From NCBI RefSeq assembly GCF_016433145.1, contig NC_058131.1, positions 268,835,573 to 268,899,572 on the forward strand: a DNA stretch of 64,000 bases, in the 5' to 3' direction. This document shows positions 54,701-64,000 of this stretch, in pieces. Under the pieces are notes generated by a model. It did no database searches. It was not told where the DNA came from and saw only the letters and a list, made by a program, of their open reading frames with translations. A program made the position numbers and the translations under genes. This DNA comes from Gracilinanus agilis (Eukaryota). Each line of letters opens with the position of its first letter. The first letter of the stretch is position 1.

Positions 54701-57700
54701 CTCACAAGAGCCTATATGAAGCCTAGATCAAAGCTAATAATGCAAGCCTAGGCAAAGACCATTAAACACCACTACCACCACCACCACAACATGCCTAAAT
54801 CTGTTCAGCTACAGAGTAAATAAAAATCTGTATATTCTACCATGCTAAATTTAGATGCTGGTCCATTTTTTAACTCACTCTTTCCTAATTATTAAAACTG
54901 TGCTCCCTATAGCAAGAGTGGAGACTACAAAGTCACAAAGAGAGCTTACCTCTTGAAATTCAATCAGGAAAGACTTTTCATATTCTCCTCGACATCGACG
55001 TTCCATCCTTTCTTCAATCATCCGGTGTAGGATAGTTGTAACAGCATCAGCACTGACTCTCTCCAGCAAGTTTAGCCTATGCCTAAAGGGAAGCCAAGGT
55101 TCAAAAAATCAAGGGAAAGCTAAAGCAAGGGATGCAAGGGAAGGTGCAAAGTGTAAGACCACAAATGAAAAATTATGTCCCCTCAAACAGTACCTAACCC
55201 TAAATCCAGTCAGCATACATAATTAGCTTCTATATGCTCTAAAGTTTTCTTCCCACTCCCCAAATATTTAAGATGCTCTCACTCTCCAATAAACATTTCA
55301 TACCATTAGATCCACTGTTTCAGTTGATAGCACACTACTTATATGACAAAGTTCCCATAGTTCATCAGTTCCCCTGCAGAGTAGGATTCTGAGAACATTA
55401 GATGAAGAACAGATTAAATTTTGTTGTGGGAAGTCCTAGGGTAAAGTCTAATAAAGAACATTATAGTTGATGTCCCTAAGCGATTGGTAGTTTCTAAAAG
55501 TAGGAACAGAGGCATAGAAAAGAGATGGTGAAAGTGGTCTGCTTCTGCTGATAAAGGATCAGAAAAATCTGCTGAAAATATAGAATTTCTCAGCTCTTTG
55601 TGAAGCACAGGTCTGACCACCAGGGGTCCCCATAGACCAGTCAATGGACAAGTAAGCCTGGCTCCAATGGATACAAATCTAGTTCTAGATGGGACAGCTA
55701 TCCCACTTGCTCCTTCTTGCCACTGAAAAAATTTTGTAATAATTCTGCCACAATAGTCATTATTGTGTTAGCCTTTAAAAAGGATTAGTTTTTAAATTTT
55801 TTAATGCAGATCCTAAACTGCAGTGATAAATGATCCTTAAAAACAAACAAAATTATATCTTTGAATATAAAAAAAAAATTAACCATGTACTTTTCTGCAT
55901 ACTACCAGCCTTGGGTAGCCCAAAAGGGGGTCCCTTTGAAAGCTGAACTTAAAGAGCCTCACATTGGGCATAACTAATATTACTATAGTAAAAATCTGCT
56001 AACAAAAAACTTCCAAAGTCCATCCCACTTAATAGCTACTTAAAATAATATTCGATATACAAAATTTCAGTATAAAAGAGCTGGGATAACCACTTGGATC
56101 AAAATAAAATCTAACTCATGAAAAACAATAGGAACTCCAAAGATCAAATAGAAATCTTAGTCACTTTAGCAAAACCTCTCTAACATATTAGTGAAGAGTA
56201 AAAATTCCCTTTCCCAAAATTCTTTGATGGCCTTTAAGTACTTCTAGAGGATGCTGGGAACTTTGGACATGAAAATAAAAAGCCAAGGAACTTCAAGGGT
56301 CATCTAGTCCTAACCATAATATAAATTCCATGGTGTCACTAATAAATAGTCATCATGCATTCACTTGAAGCTGTTGAAAAACAAGGGACATAAAACAAAT
56401 CACTTTTCTGACTTATTCTCTAGAGCAGGTGTTAGCAACCTTTTTGGGTGTGAAAGCCATAAACGCCACATTTTTTTAAATGTAATTTCGTGAGAGCCAT
56501 ACAGTGCTCACAGTGCGCGCTCCCGTAACAGCACCTGAAAAAAAAATTGACTTTATGGCTCCTACAAAAAGAGCCAGATATGGCTCAAGAGCCATACATT
56601 GCCAACCCCTGCTCTAGAGTACAAAAAAAATTCCAGGAACAGGTGAAGAGATGAAAACATATAATCAATGCATAAAAGTGTGATTTCATTATTCTAACAA
56701 ATAAACTCCATTTTCCCCTAATAATATAGCACCTCACACGAGTGAAGGAGTCAGGAGAGTAAGATATTCTAAGATCTTCTTCCACTACCCAAAAATAACC
56801 TACTCCAGGTTTGTTGACAACTTGCCTGATAACAGGGAGAGTGAAAAGGCTAAGGAAAATTTATTATAGAATAATAAGATTTGGAGCTAGAAGGGACCTG
56901 AGAGATGATTAAGCCCAATTCCTTTATTCTAAAGATAAATGAAACCAAAAGAAAGAGAAGGATTTGCCCAAGGTCACACAAGATGCAAGTAGTGGTCACT
57001 TACAGTATCTCACTAAGCTGCTGAAATTGTTCTAAAGCCACTGAACACCAGCACAGTTCCTTAGTACTGTTGCAGCCAGCACATTCCTGGCCCTCTGGAG
57101 ACCCACCCTCTTCCAGGTCACCTTGATCCAGCTCTGGCTCACTCATGCTACTTTCACTCATCCCTTCATCCCCTTTCTTCTTTCTCTGCTGGTGCATGTA
57201 GATTTTAAAAGTACGCCCATAGAACTGTTGAATCATCTCCTGAAAGGTCTTTGTGGTAGAGAAGAACAAGATGGCTCTAAACATAGTATAGACTTTCTCC
57301 CGAAGACCCTGAGAGCCAGTCCCCAGCAACAAGCCCATTTGTGTCCATTTCTCCAGTAAGTCCAGGCTGTTGAGGTAGGGGTCCAGCCGACACCTGAGCA
57401 AGCCAAAAGCATCCAGAAGGAGCAGGATGCACTGGGGCTCTTCAGCAGTATTCTCATACTGAGCAATGCCATTCCAAAACTCAGGAGCAATGTTAGACTG
57501 CAGGTCAGTCTGGAGCACTTCTGTGAACCATTCCTCCAGGATTGAATGCAGCTCATAGCATTTCAGCACTTCCACAGCAGCCTGCAGTTCCTCTTCTTTC
57601 AAACTCACTGATCCACTTGGCCTGGAAGCTGCCTGGAGAGCACAGAACTCATGAGAACAAGACCAAGAGGGGCTAGAAACAAGTATGTGTCTCCCTCAGC

Positions 57701-58233
57701 ATCTCTAAAACAAAGGGGAAAGTAGCTCTAAAGATCAGCCAGAGGAGGAACCTGGGGGAGGGAGAGTACTGAGGGTCAGGACTTGAGAAGAGGGGAGCTA
57801 AGGAGAGCTAAAAATAAGTCTTGGGGCCTAAGAAGTCCGTTGGGGTCTCAGGAGCCTGAGGGGCAGGAGTCGCGGGGAAAGGATGGAACTGAGATGGTGG
57901 CTGAGGGCAGAAGGAGCCGAAAGCAGGAAAAGGGATGAGGGCAGAGAAGGGAATGAGGGGAGAGAAAGGGATGAGGAGCGGGATGGGACCGAGAGAGGAT
58001 TTATGAGAATGGGAATGGAGCTGAGGAAAGGGATGCGGCCAAGGAGAGAGGGCCGAAAGAAGGTGTAAGTAGACACGGGTGGACGAGCTCCTAGCCCGCT
58101 GGAGAGCGGCCCTCACCAGCCCCAGAGCTGCGGGCGGCACCAGCCCGGTGCTCACGGTACTCCAGGCCACTGACAGCTCCGCCCCTGGGGCCCCGCAGGC
58201 CACACCCTCTACCATGGCCGCCACCGTCGCCAT
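36515..58233 (-). CDS. ANAPC2: Anaphase-promoting complex subunit 2 (cullin-like), complete, 13 exons, 2478 nt / 825 aa
   Basis: Exons of 117,629,133,175,120,118,182,142,76,204,130,239,213 nt join in frame with GT-AG sites; recognisable APC2 sequence from VAWSTVSTGLVPP to the WHB domain GGVYRLPKSCS*. Confidence 0.98.
37475..37713 (-). CDS. ANAPC2: ANAPC2 exon 12 (SWSLEELSEVLKVP...QADQKEEELQ)
   Basis: atctcag|G acceptor, CAG|gtgagt donor. Confidence 0.95.
38412..38541 (-). CDS. ANAPC2: ANAPC2 exon 11 (AMRTLSWKHHLGLVTLDVELADR...HFQSK)
   Basis: gctcag|G acceptor, AAA|gtaaga donor. Confidence 0.96.
38867..39010 (+). mobile_element. Non-LTR retroelement RT-domain fragment (CR1/L3-like)
   Basis: Open frame KSPEPDGFTKISKEFRDEADELSDKAYNLSWYMAKMPKVWNIANMISL resembles the PGPDG...W..AN region of CR1-clade ORF2. 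Confidence 0.55.
39946..40160 (+). mobile_element. Young SINE1_Mdo-like SINE with a 17-bp TSD
   Basis: TSD aaaagcttacctatggg at 39929-39945 and 40161-40177; intact A/B boxes, CpGs retained. Confidence 0.95.
40230..40410 (+). mobile_element. Older marsupial CORE-SINE
   Basis: ggcagctagttgacttagtagatagagag head, core, gtcttagaactgatact tail. Confidence 0.75.
40485..40669 (-). mobile_element. Young SINE1_Mdo-like SINE (short-tail variant) with a 17-bp TSD
   Basis: TSD ttggggcagtatttttt at 40468-40484 and 40670-40686. Confidence 0.93.
40858..41061 (-). CDS. ANAPC2: ANAPC2 exon 10 (DMADSRRINANI...ILSSEFWP...YEKLK)
   Basis: acactag|G acceptor, AAG|gtacca donor. Confidence 0.96.
41283..41358 (-). 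CDS. ANAPC2: ANAPC2 exon 9 (EIRNVELLKLRFGEAQMHYCEVMLK)
   Basis: tttccag|A acceptor, AAG|gtgagt donor; cullin LLKLRFGE motif. Confidence 0.96.
42260..42830 (+). mobile_element. L1 ORF2-end/3' UTR fragment
   Basis: aaatggaaacaaagtgagtgcccatcaattggggaatg...gatgcagaacaaagtaagcaaaatcagga. Confidence 0.7.
43136..43277 (-). CDS. ANAPC2: ANAPC2 exon 8 (GKSSSKRRSSDIISLLVSIYGSKDLFINEYRTLLADRLL...)
   Basis: ctctag|G acceptor, GAG|gtaagt donor. Confidence 0.96.
45152..45333 (-). CDS. ANAPC2: ANAPC2 exon 7 (TREDTVRQIVAGLTGD...WVPDPVDADP)
   Basis: ctgacag|G acceptor, CAG|gtcaga donor. Confidence 0.96.
45685..45870 (+). mobile_element. Marsupial CORE-SINE
   Basis: Head, core and gtcttagaattgatactaaggcagaagg tail. 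Confidence 0.8.
46179..46407 (+). mobile_element. SINE1_Mdo-like SINE with a 14-bp TSD
   Basis: TSD aaaaggggaaatgg at 46165-46178 and 46408-46421; (AAAAT)n tail. Confidence 0.92.
46748..46865 (-). CDS. ANAPC2: ANAPC2 exon 6 (GVNTSDIITLYISAIKALRELDSSMVILEVACEPIRRYL)
   Basis: tttgtag|G acceptor, GAG|gtgagg donor. Confidence 0.96.
48051..48170 (-). CDS. ANAPC2: ANAPC2 exon 5 (DFPESKPAIEDLKYCLERTNQRQQ...RLLHP)
   Basis: taatttag|A acceptor, CAG|gttggt donor. Confidence 0.96.
49150..51745 (+). mobile_element. Fragmented L2 LINE (with SINE/L1 insertions)
   Basis: L2-typical segments: ctatgcagatgatgcaaatt, ctacaaactcaacatatctgaaacagaa, 3' end agaatgtacactcc...ttgaattga. Confidence 0.7.
49497..49689 (-). 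mobile_element. Young SINE1_Mdo-like SINE with a 16-bp TSD, inserted in L2
   Basis: TSD ttataatctggcttct at 49481-49496 and 49690-49705. Confidence 0.93.
51768..51942 (-). CDS. ANAPC2: ANAPC2 exon 4 (WIEKVIGWLSKVFLQ...ELFSIIR)
   Basis: ctgacag|T acceptor, GTG|gtaagt donor. Confidence 0.96.
52420..54680 (+). mobile_element. Long L2 LINE remnant with a MIR inserted at about 53466-53720
   Basis: ttgacactgctgaacactctcttctcc, tatcatctctat...gcagatgattcccagatcta, 3' end gcatttggcacagtgcct. Confidence 0.75.
54950..55082 (-). CDS. ANAPC2: ANAPC2 exon 3 (HRLNLLERVSADAV...EFQE)
   Basis: ccctttag|G acceptor, GAG|gtaagc donor. Confidence 0.96.
56426..56611 (-). mobile_element. hAT-Charlie non-autonomous DNA transposon (MITE, OposCharlie-like), 186 bp
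   Basis: Imperfect TIRs caggtgttagcaac / ttgccaacccctg; perfect 8-bp TSD CTCTAGAG at 56418-56425 and 56612-56619 (NTCTAGAN target typical of Charlie). Confidence 0.88.
57004..57632 (-). CDS. ANAPC2: ANAPC2 exon 2 (AASRPSGSVSLKEEEL...QLSEIL)
   Basis: ctctccag|G acceptor, ACT|gtaagt donor. Confidence 0.96.
58117..58233 (-). CDS. ANAPC2: ANAPC2 exon 1 (MATVAAMVEG...VPPAALGL)
   Basis: ATG at 58233, CTG|gtgagg donor. Confidence 0.93.
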
Positions 58234-58502
58234 TCGTGCTGTCAAGTCCGTCTCCCGCTCCGGCTCCCAATCCAGCTCCCGCTCCCGCTCCGGCAGAGGA
58301 TCGGATCCTGGCGCAGACGCGCGCCGCAGTGACGACAGACGTTACGCAGCGACGCCCCCGAGACAGCGGGGCGCGGTATGATGAGATCACATCCCCAGTG
58401 GCGCTCAAAGGGGCGGGGTTGGTGTCTGAGCCGGCGCAGTGATGCGGTAGCGGCGGTTGGATCTAGAGCTAGGCGGCATCAAGAAGCGGGAGCCCGGGGA
58501 GG

Positions 58503-58554
58503 ATGAGCCAGCAAGGAGCGGCGCTTCAGAACTACAATAACGAGCTGGTCAAGT
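58503..58554 (+). CDS. SSNA1: SSNA1 exon 1
   Basis: gaggATGA start, AAGT|gtgaga donor. Confidence 0.95.
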
Positions 58555-60043
58555 GTGAGAGCTGCTGGCAGCGAGGAGCCCCAACCCCGAGCTATCCCGG
58601 ACCCCTGATCTCCCCCTGCCCCTCCCCGCACTGATGTCTATTCTCAACAGGTCCCAAGCCAGGCCCAGGCCCCCCCTACACACACAGACCAGGCCCAATC
58701 CAACCCACCCCTCCCCCGTGCCCGAGCCCCCACAGCCTTCTCTCGCCTTCCCCAGGTATCGAAGAACTGTGCCAAAAGCGGGAGGAGCTGTGCCGGCAGA
58801 TCCAACAGGAGGAGGATGAGAAGCAAAGGCTCCAGAACGAAGTGCGGCAGCTGACCGAGAAGCTGGCCCGGGTCAATGAGAACCTGGCCCGGAAGATCGC
58901 CTCCAGAAATGAGTTTGACCGCACCATTGCAGAGACCGAAGCCGCTTACCTCAAGGTGGGCCTTACCCCCTGGGGCTTCTGGGCCAACCCTTCTGAACTA
59001 CACCCCACCCCCAGTACTTCCCTCAACCATGGATACGAAACACATGGAAACCCCAAACCGACTTGTCGTGTCTGAATGAAGCCCCCCCCCCCAAGATATT
59101 AGTCCATTCTCTAAGTCCATCTGTTTCTGTCTAACACCCCCTTGGATAAGATAGGCCTAGCCTTGCAGACCCTGGGAGATTTGTTTCAGAGAGCAGAGGG
59201 AAGGCAGGACTTGGAGTCCTGGAGTCATAGGTTCCAATCTTAACTGAAACACTTAACTAGTTGTATGACCCTGAGTGTTTGTTCATTTAATTCTCCGAGG
59301 TTCTCAGTATCTGTAAAATGGGAGCATTGGACTAATGAAGTCTTTTCCAGCTCTAGGTCAAGTGAGTCTTTCAGGAATGCCCACAAGAGGTCTGAATTGT
59401 TCATTTTTAAAGGTTCAGACTGCCAGACTTCCCCTCTCCCAATGAAGTGCTCCCCAAGAGCAAGGGCTCTGCCTCTACCCCTTCTTCCATATCTTTATCT
59501 TATCTTGGGGTTGTTGCTGACCCTTTAATAAACCTATTTTCTATAGTACTATGAACTATATTCTATGCTAGGCACTAGAGGTATGGGGAGACACCAGGTG
59601 TGATGGAAAGAGAAGTGCAGTTGGAGGTGGAGTATGTCATTTGACATTCATTCCACTTCTACTTACTACCTGTGGGACCTTGAACAAGTCCTTTAATTTC
59701 TCAGGGCCTCAATTTCCTTCTCTAAAATGAGGGAATTGGCCTTTATGATTTCTTAGGTCTCAAACTGTGCCCCTAAAAATATAAAAATGGCACAGGCCAG
59801 GCCCTTGACTTAATAGGATGGAGGAGGGAAGGTATTTCTAGTATGGAGAGAATACAATAAAAGATAGGGAGTAATGGGAACAAAACAGCTGCACTTATGC
59901 CAAGCAAGCATAAACCCTTCCATTTTTTCTGGTCATAGATCCTGGAAAGTTCTCAGACGCTGCTCAGTGTCCTGAAGCGAGAAGCAGGAAATCTGGGCAA
60001 GGTCCCAGGCCAGGACCAGAAGAGCATGGGCAAGGACAGCTGA
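58503..60043 (+). CDS. SSNA1: SS nuclear autoantigen 1 (NA14/DIP13 coiled-coil microtubule protein), 3 exons, 118 aa
   Basis: Exons 58503-58554, 58756-58955 and 59939-60043 join to [40 protein letters not shown]...[19 protein letters not shown]... Confidence 0.98.
58756..58955 (+). CDS. SSNA1: SSNA1 exon 2 (200 nt)
   Basis: ttccccag|G acceptor, AAG|gtgggc donor. Confidence 0.96.
59939..60043 (+). CDS. SSNA1: SSNA1 exon 3 coding part ([34 protein letters not shown])
   Basis: ttttttctggtcatag|A acceptor; TGA at 60041-60043. Confidence 0.95.
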   Translation: MLESSQTLLSVLKREAGNLGKVPGQDQKSMGKDS

Positions 60044-60115
60044 GTTGGGACCATGGGGCTTGCCTAACACTCCCCTCTGTAGGTTCACAGGGGATTCCTT
60101 GAGAGGGAAACTGTT

Positions 60116-60121
60116 AATAAA
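60116..60121 (+). terminator. SSNA1 poly(A) signal AATAAA (a distal one lies at 60562-60567)
   Basis: AATAAA 72 nt after the stop, followed by a U/GU-rich downstream element. Confidence 0.7.
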
Positions 60122-61496
60122 GTACCTTTGTTTTTTCATAGCTGTGGCATTTCCCTTCTCTTGCTGTTTCAGGCATGTGAGAAGACCTTAGCTCCCCAGT
60201 ACTAAATGGGTATTCACTGTTCTCTGGGTGCTTCATCTAACATGTCCTAAAGAAAAGGGGTAATAATAACAGCCCAGCCACTTGGGGTAGGGGCAAGTAA
60301 TGCTCTGCATGTTCCTGACCTTCCAGGCAGAAGGAAACATTGGGGAAAGGGGAACATGGAGAGGACCAGAGGCAGTTTTGCCAGAGAGTTGTCACTGCTG
60401 TCCTGGATCAGCCTTCAGGATATTTATTCCCAGGCCATGTGCTTCCTTTAAAGCAGATGGCCAGGCAAAGCCATTGATGGTGGGGCTGAGTGGCCAAAAA
60501 CCCTAACCAGGGACATGAGCCTTAATATATATGTAGTCAATACTTTGCAGTTTTATGTGTGAATAAAGATTTCCTTATGATTTTCATTTCTGAGCCTGCT
60601 GCCTGTGTCCTGGGGGGAAGACTTTTTTTTTTTTTTAATCCAAGAGCCAGAAGCTTTTGTTTATTGTTAACAGTCTGTGCCCAACAATCCAGCCCAGATG
60701 GCTCCCTACCCCACCCCCAACACCACCACTGCAGTTGAGGCTCAAGGAAAGTATGAAGAGCTAGAGATGCAGGCACAAGTTGGAAGGGCCTGGATTGGTC
60801 TCTTGACCTAGGGCCCAGGACCTTTGCTACATGGAGATGAGCTGAGGCCCCAGAAGAATAACAGATCCGATGCATTTCAGTTCTTTCTACATGTTTATTA
60901 AATGCATCCCTAGATTAGGGAAGGCCTTGTATGACTGTAACTGGCCCATATCCTAACTTGTCTTGGATCTGGATTATTTTCATCTCATTTCATATTATTC
61001 CCCCTTACGTATTCTATTCTAGTCTTCTGGCTTGTTCTTCCTATGAATTTCAAATTCCTACCTTGGTTTTTGCACAAGTGGTCCCCCACATCTTAATAAC
61101 ACCTCCTTCTAGGATCCTTGATTTCCCACACAATATAACTCATGTATTAACCTCCTATAGGAGACTTTTCCTAATGTCTTATTAGCACGTTCCCTTTGAA
61201 ACTACTTTATATTATTTTGTATATAATTTGCATTGATTTACTTGAATACAAGTTCTTTGAGGTCTGGGATTTGAGATTTTTATCTATATTCTCAGGGCCT
61301 AGCTTAGTTTCTTACACATAATAGGCACTTAATAAATGTATGTTGGAATGAAATTCTGCAATAACTTTCTCTTCCTATCCTAACCCTGCACCAAAAAGGT
61401 ACTGAAAGTCATTCTCCAGGGTCATTTTGACCATGTAATGATCCAGAATTAACAATGGCTTCTATATCAAATTAAAATTCATCCAAAGATCGAATG

Positions 61497-61712
61497 TCTT
61501 TTTTTTTTTTTTTTTCCAAAACCATTCCCTTCCATCTTAGAATCAACACTGTGTATTGGTTCCAAGGCAGAAGAGTGGTGAGGGTTAGGCAATGGGGATT
61601 AAGTGATTTGCCCAGGGTCACACAGCTAGGAAGTATCTGAGGCCAGATTTGAACCTAGGATCTCCCATTTCTAGGCCTGGCTGTCAGTCCACTGAGCCAC
61701 CTGGCTGCCCAA
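61497..61712 (-). mobile_element. SINE1_Mdo-like SINE
   Basis: poly-T tail, full body ending ccacctggctgccc, imperfect TSD aaagatcgaatgt/aaaggttgaatgt. Confidence 0.88.
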
Positions 61713-63175
61713 AAAGGTTGAATGTATTGAATGCTGTCCAGATGTGAATTTGTTTATGGAAAGACTATTAAACTAATGTTATTACAGCATATCACAGGTT
61801 TAATGAGTAATGTGGACCTATTTTTACCTTCCTTAGTAGTAGTAAACCTAACAGCCTTAATGCCTTGTTTTACTTTCCAGGTTCCATCTGTACCTTCACT
61901 AAGCAATCAGGTAATTGCTAATAACTAGGAAAATGCCTTCATCTTCATAATCCTCTTTAAGTCAGGAATTGACTTCCTAACTTACTGGCTCACTTCTCCT
62001 AATTTTCACCTAAGAAGTAGAACCTACCAGTTTACAGATTATACCGAGTACTTGAAAATTAATTTCTGAACAGTCAAAGTTTAAGCAGCTGAGGGACTGT
62101 CACTGATGCCATCTGCTTTCTTGTGCCTTAATGAGACCAGAGAGGGAAATGTGCAAGGTAGATCCCAAGAGGTCATTCTTATGAATTCTACCTGTAGGGC
62201 ATTTATCAGCTTTTGAATTGGCTTATCATCACTTCCTGGGCTGTTGACCAACTTTTAGTGCCAGCCACTAGTAGATGAGTGTTACAAGGGCATTCAGGAT
62301 TTAAGTATTTTCCAAAGCACAAAATTACTTGAAATTTTTGCAGCTTTTTATACTGCCTCCTCCCCTTATGGATTTGAAGGCTCGGCTCTTCAGTAAAACT
62401 TTTCAAATTATTACCCCTGCCACACACCTTTCAACTCTCCATTGCTCAGGATTCTTCTTGTCTGCTACTACATGTGACTGTGTTTTGGTTGCAACCATTT
62501 GTGCCTCATGTATTCATGAGGTCCTGGTTCCCAAATTCAATAAGGTTTCCAGGCCTGGGACAGAAATACTAACTTTCCCTGAACATTGAGCAACTCCTAC
62601 AAAATACAATACTGATTTTTTTCCCCCCAAGGAGCTTCAACTTAAGATCTGACCTCCTTGGCTGTTGGCATTATAGAAAAAGGTCACTGACTGACCATCC
62701 AAAGGAATGGAATGTGAACTGAGTGGGGCCTAATTATGATCCTGAGAATGGGGGGTGGAGGGGAATTCACTTGGAGGAAAGGGGGAGAGGAAGCTGGGAA
62801 AAACTGACTCAAGTTAGGTTGAGCTCTGGAGCTCAGTGTACATGTTTTGGGGTTTTTGTTTTTGATAGGTGGGGAGAGGAGAAAGGCAGCTTCACCGTGG
62901 GAACGCTGAGGGGAAGCTCTTTATAACCTAAAACCAAAACAAGAATGCTCAGTCACATCATGCTTAGACCTTCCCTATTCTACCAAGGTCCAGGTGGTAC
63001 TGGGGAAGTAAGCCTTCCACTTGACTCAGACACAGTTCTGCCTCCCTCCACAGACTTTTCCACCTGCCCTTGGGGCTCTTACAAAGACATCATTCCACCC
63101 ATGGTGGTGATGGATGGGCAGTCTTAGGGAAAGAGAATGATGATGGCAAAAACAGGCCATGTTTCTCTAGTGCTG

Positions 63176-64000
63176 TTTATTGAGTCCCATTTATCAGACA
63201 AGAAAGAAATTATTCTGGTTAGTTACAAAGTGAACTGTGCTAATTTCAGCTGTGTGTATGAGTACTGACTGGTTGAATGGAGGGGAAAGAACCATCTGTG
63301 GAGTCATAAGCCCCTAGCCCCTAAGGACCCCAGAGAGGAAGGAAGGCAGGACAAGGTACAGAGACTGAATCCCTGCTTTCTGGCTAGGCCAGGCCTGGTT
63401 AAATTCACTCTTCACATGTGCACACCCATTCTACCCCTTCACATAAAATCCTGATATCCAGTGCAGACATGGAGTGCCTTTAAACCAGCTAGGCATTACT
63501 AGCCTCAGTAGTAAATTCGGAGCAGGTAGAAGGCTGCCCTGCTAAAACAAACAGCAGGAGACAGGTGGCTAAATCAGCCTGGCACAAAAGGCAGTTGCAA
63601 ATGGAGAATAACACTATGCTGGCTTTGGGCTTAGGCTTCTGCCCAAAGACCCATGCTGCTTTCCTAGGGCACAGGAAAAAGAAGGCCCTTTTAGGTGCAG
63701 CCTCGACCTCCTCTCCTGCTGTCAACCTTTACCCTCCCAGAAGGTTATACCTTCCTCTGCAGAACAGAGCCGGGCAAACTAGGAAGGACCAATAGGGTGG
63801 TGTGTCAGGGCAAGGGATGTGGGGAAGCACTAGGAGAAGGGCAGGATAGCAGAGGACAGCAATACCCCCAAACCTGCCATTATCAGTGCTACCAAGAAAA
63901 GAGAAAGCTGCTCTGCTCCCAGGCTCCAGTTAAAACCAGAGGATAAGAGAAGCCTCAGGATTGGGGCAGAAGCAGCAGATTGTGAGCCTCCTTAGAGCCA
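63176..64000 (-). other. Possible 3' UTR end of TPRN (minus-strand AATAAA at 63176-63181)
   Basis: Synteny only (TPRN follows SSNA1 tail-to-tail in human) plus a minus-strand AATAAA and repeat-free sequence to the window end; no TPRN coding exon found. Confidence 0.3.

Larger units (their letters stand above)
58050..58960. promoter_or_regulatory. CpG island and bidirectional promoter shared by ANAPC2 and SSNA1
   Basis: Dense CpG in an otherwise CpG-depleted window; start codons head-to-head with 269 bp between; GC box GGGGCGGGG at 58410-58418. Confidence 0.85.

Noticed and set aside
58442-58450. Two-codon uORF (ATG CGG TAG) upstream of SSNA1
   Set aside because: TSS unknown, so it may not be in the mRNA; trivial length
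58530-58540. ACTACAAT resembling the ACTACAnnTCCC promoter motif
   Set aside because: Lacks the TCCC half and is dictated by the Asn-Tyr-Asn codons of SSNA1
57123-58927. Antisense ORFs overlapping ANAPC2 exons 1-2 and SSNA1 exon 2
   Set aside because: Shadow ORFs of real coding or GC-rich sequence; no independent support
62150-62200. gaggtcattct resembling the TPRN last exon (QNDLSDF)
   Set aside because: The surrounding frame does not continue as TPRN; coincidental match

Overview
This is a marsupial genomic window. The young tRNA-derived CORE-SINEs look like the opossum SINE1_Mdo/MAR1 families, so a didelphid such as Monodelphis is inferred. It is syntenic to human 9q34.3. In order: the 3' two-thirds of GRIN1 (+; 14 constitutive exons, the C1 cassette, and the alternative C2/C2' terminal acceptors), LRRC26 (-; BK channel gamma1, 2 exons, 317 aa), TMEM210 (-; exons 1-2 clear, downstream exons unresolved), a repeat-rich spacer (solo LTR, L1), complete ANAPC2 (-; 13 exons, 825 aa), a 269-bp head-to-head CpG-island promoter, complete SSNA1 (+; 3 exons, 118 aa), and possibly the 3' UTR end of TPRN. 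Exon boundaries were placed by hand from GT/AG sites and reading-frame continuity. Comparisons to human or rat come from memory, not from a computed alignment. I found no convincing new multi-gene system. The best leads are lineage-specific: a divergent GluN1 ligand-binding loop, a broken GGGG silencer at the C1 donor, a candidate in-frame 39-nt GRIN1 microexon, a Cys-rich LRRC26 tail, a tight TMEM210-LRRC26 junction and a convergent GRIN1/LRRC26 3' junction that both lack canonical poly(A) hexamers, and a candidate ANAPC2 poison exon.
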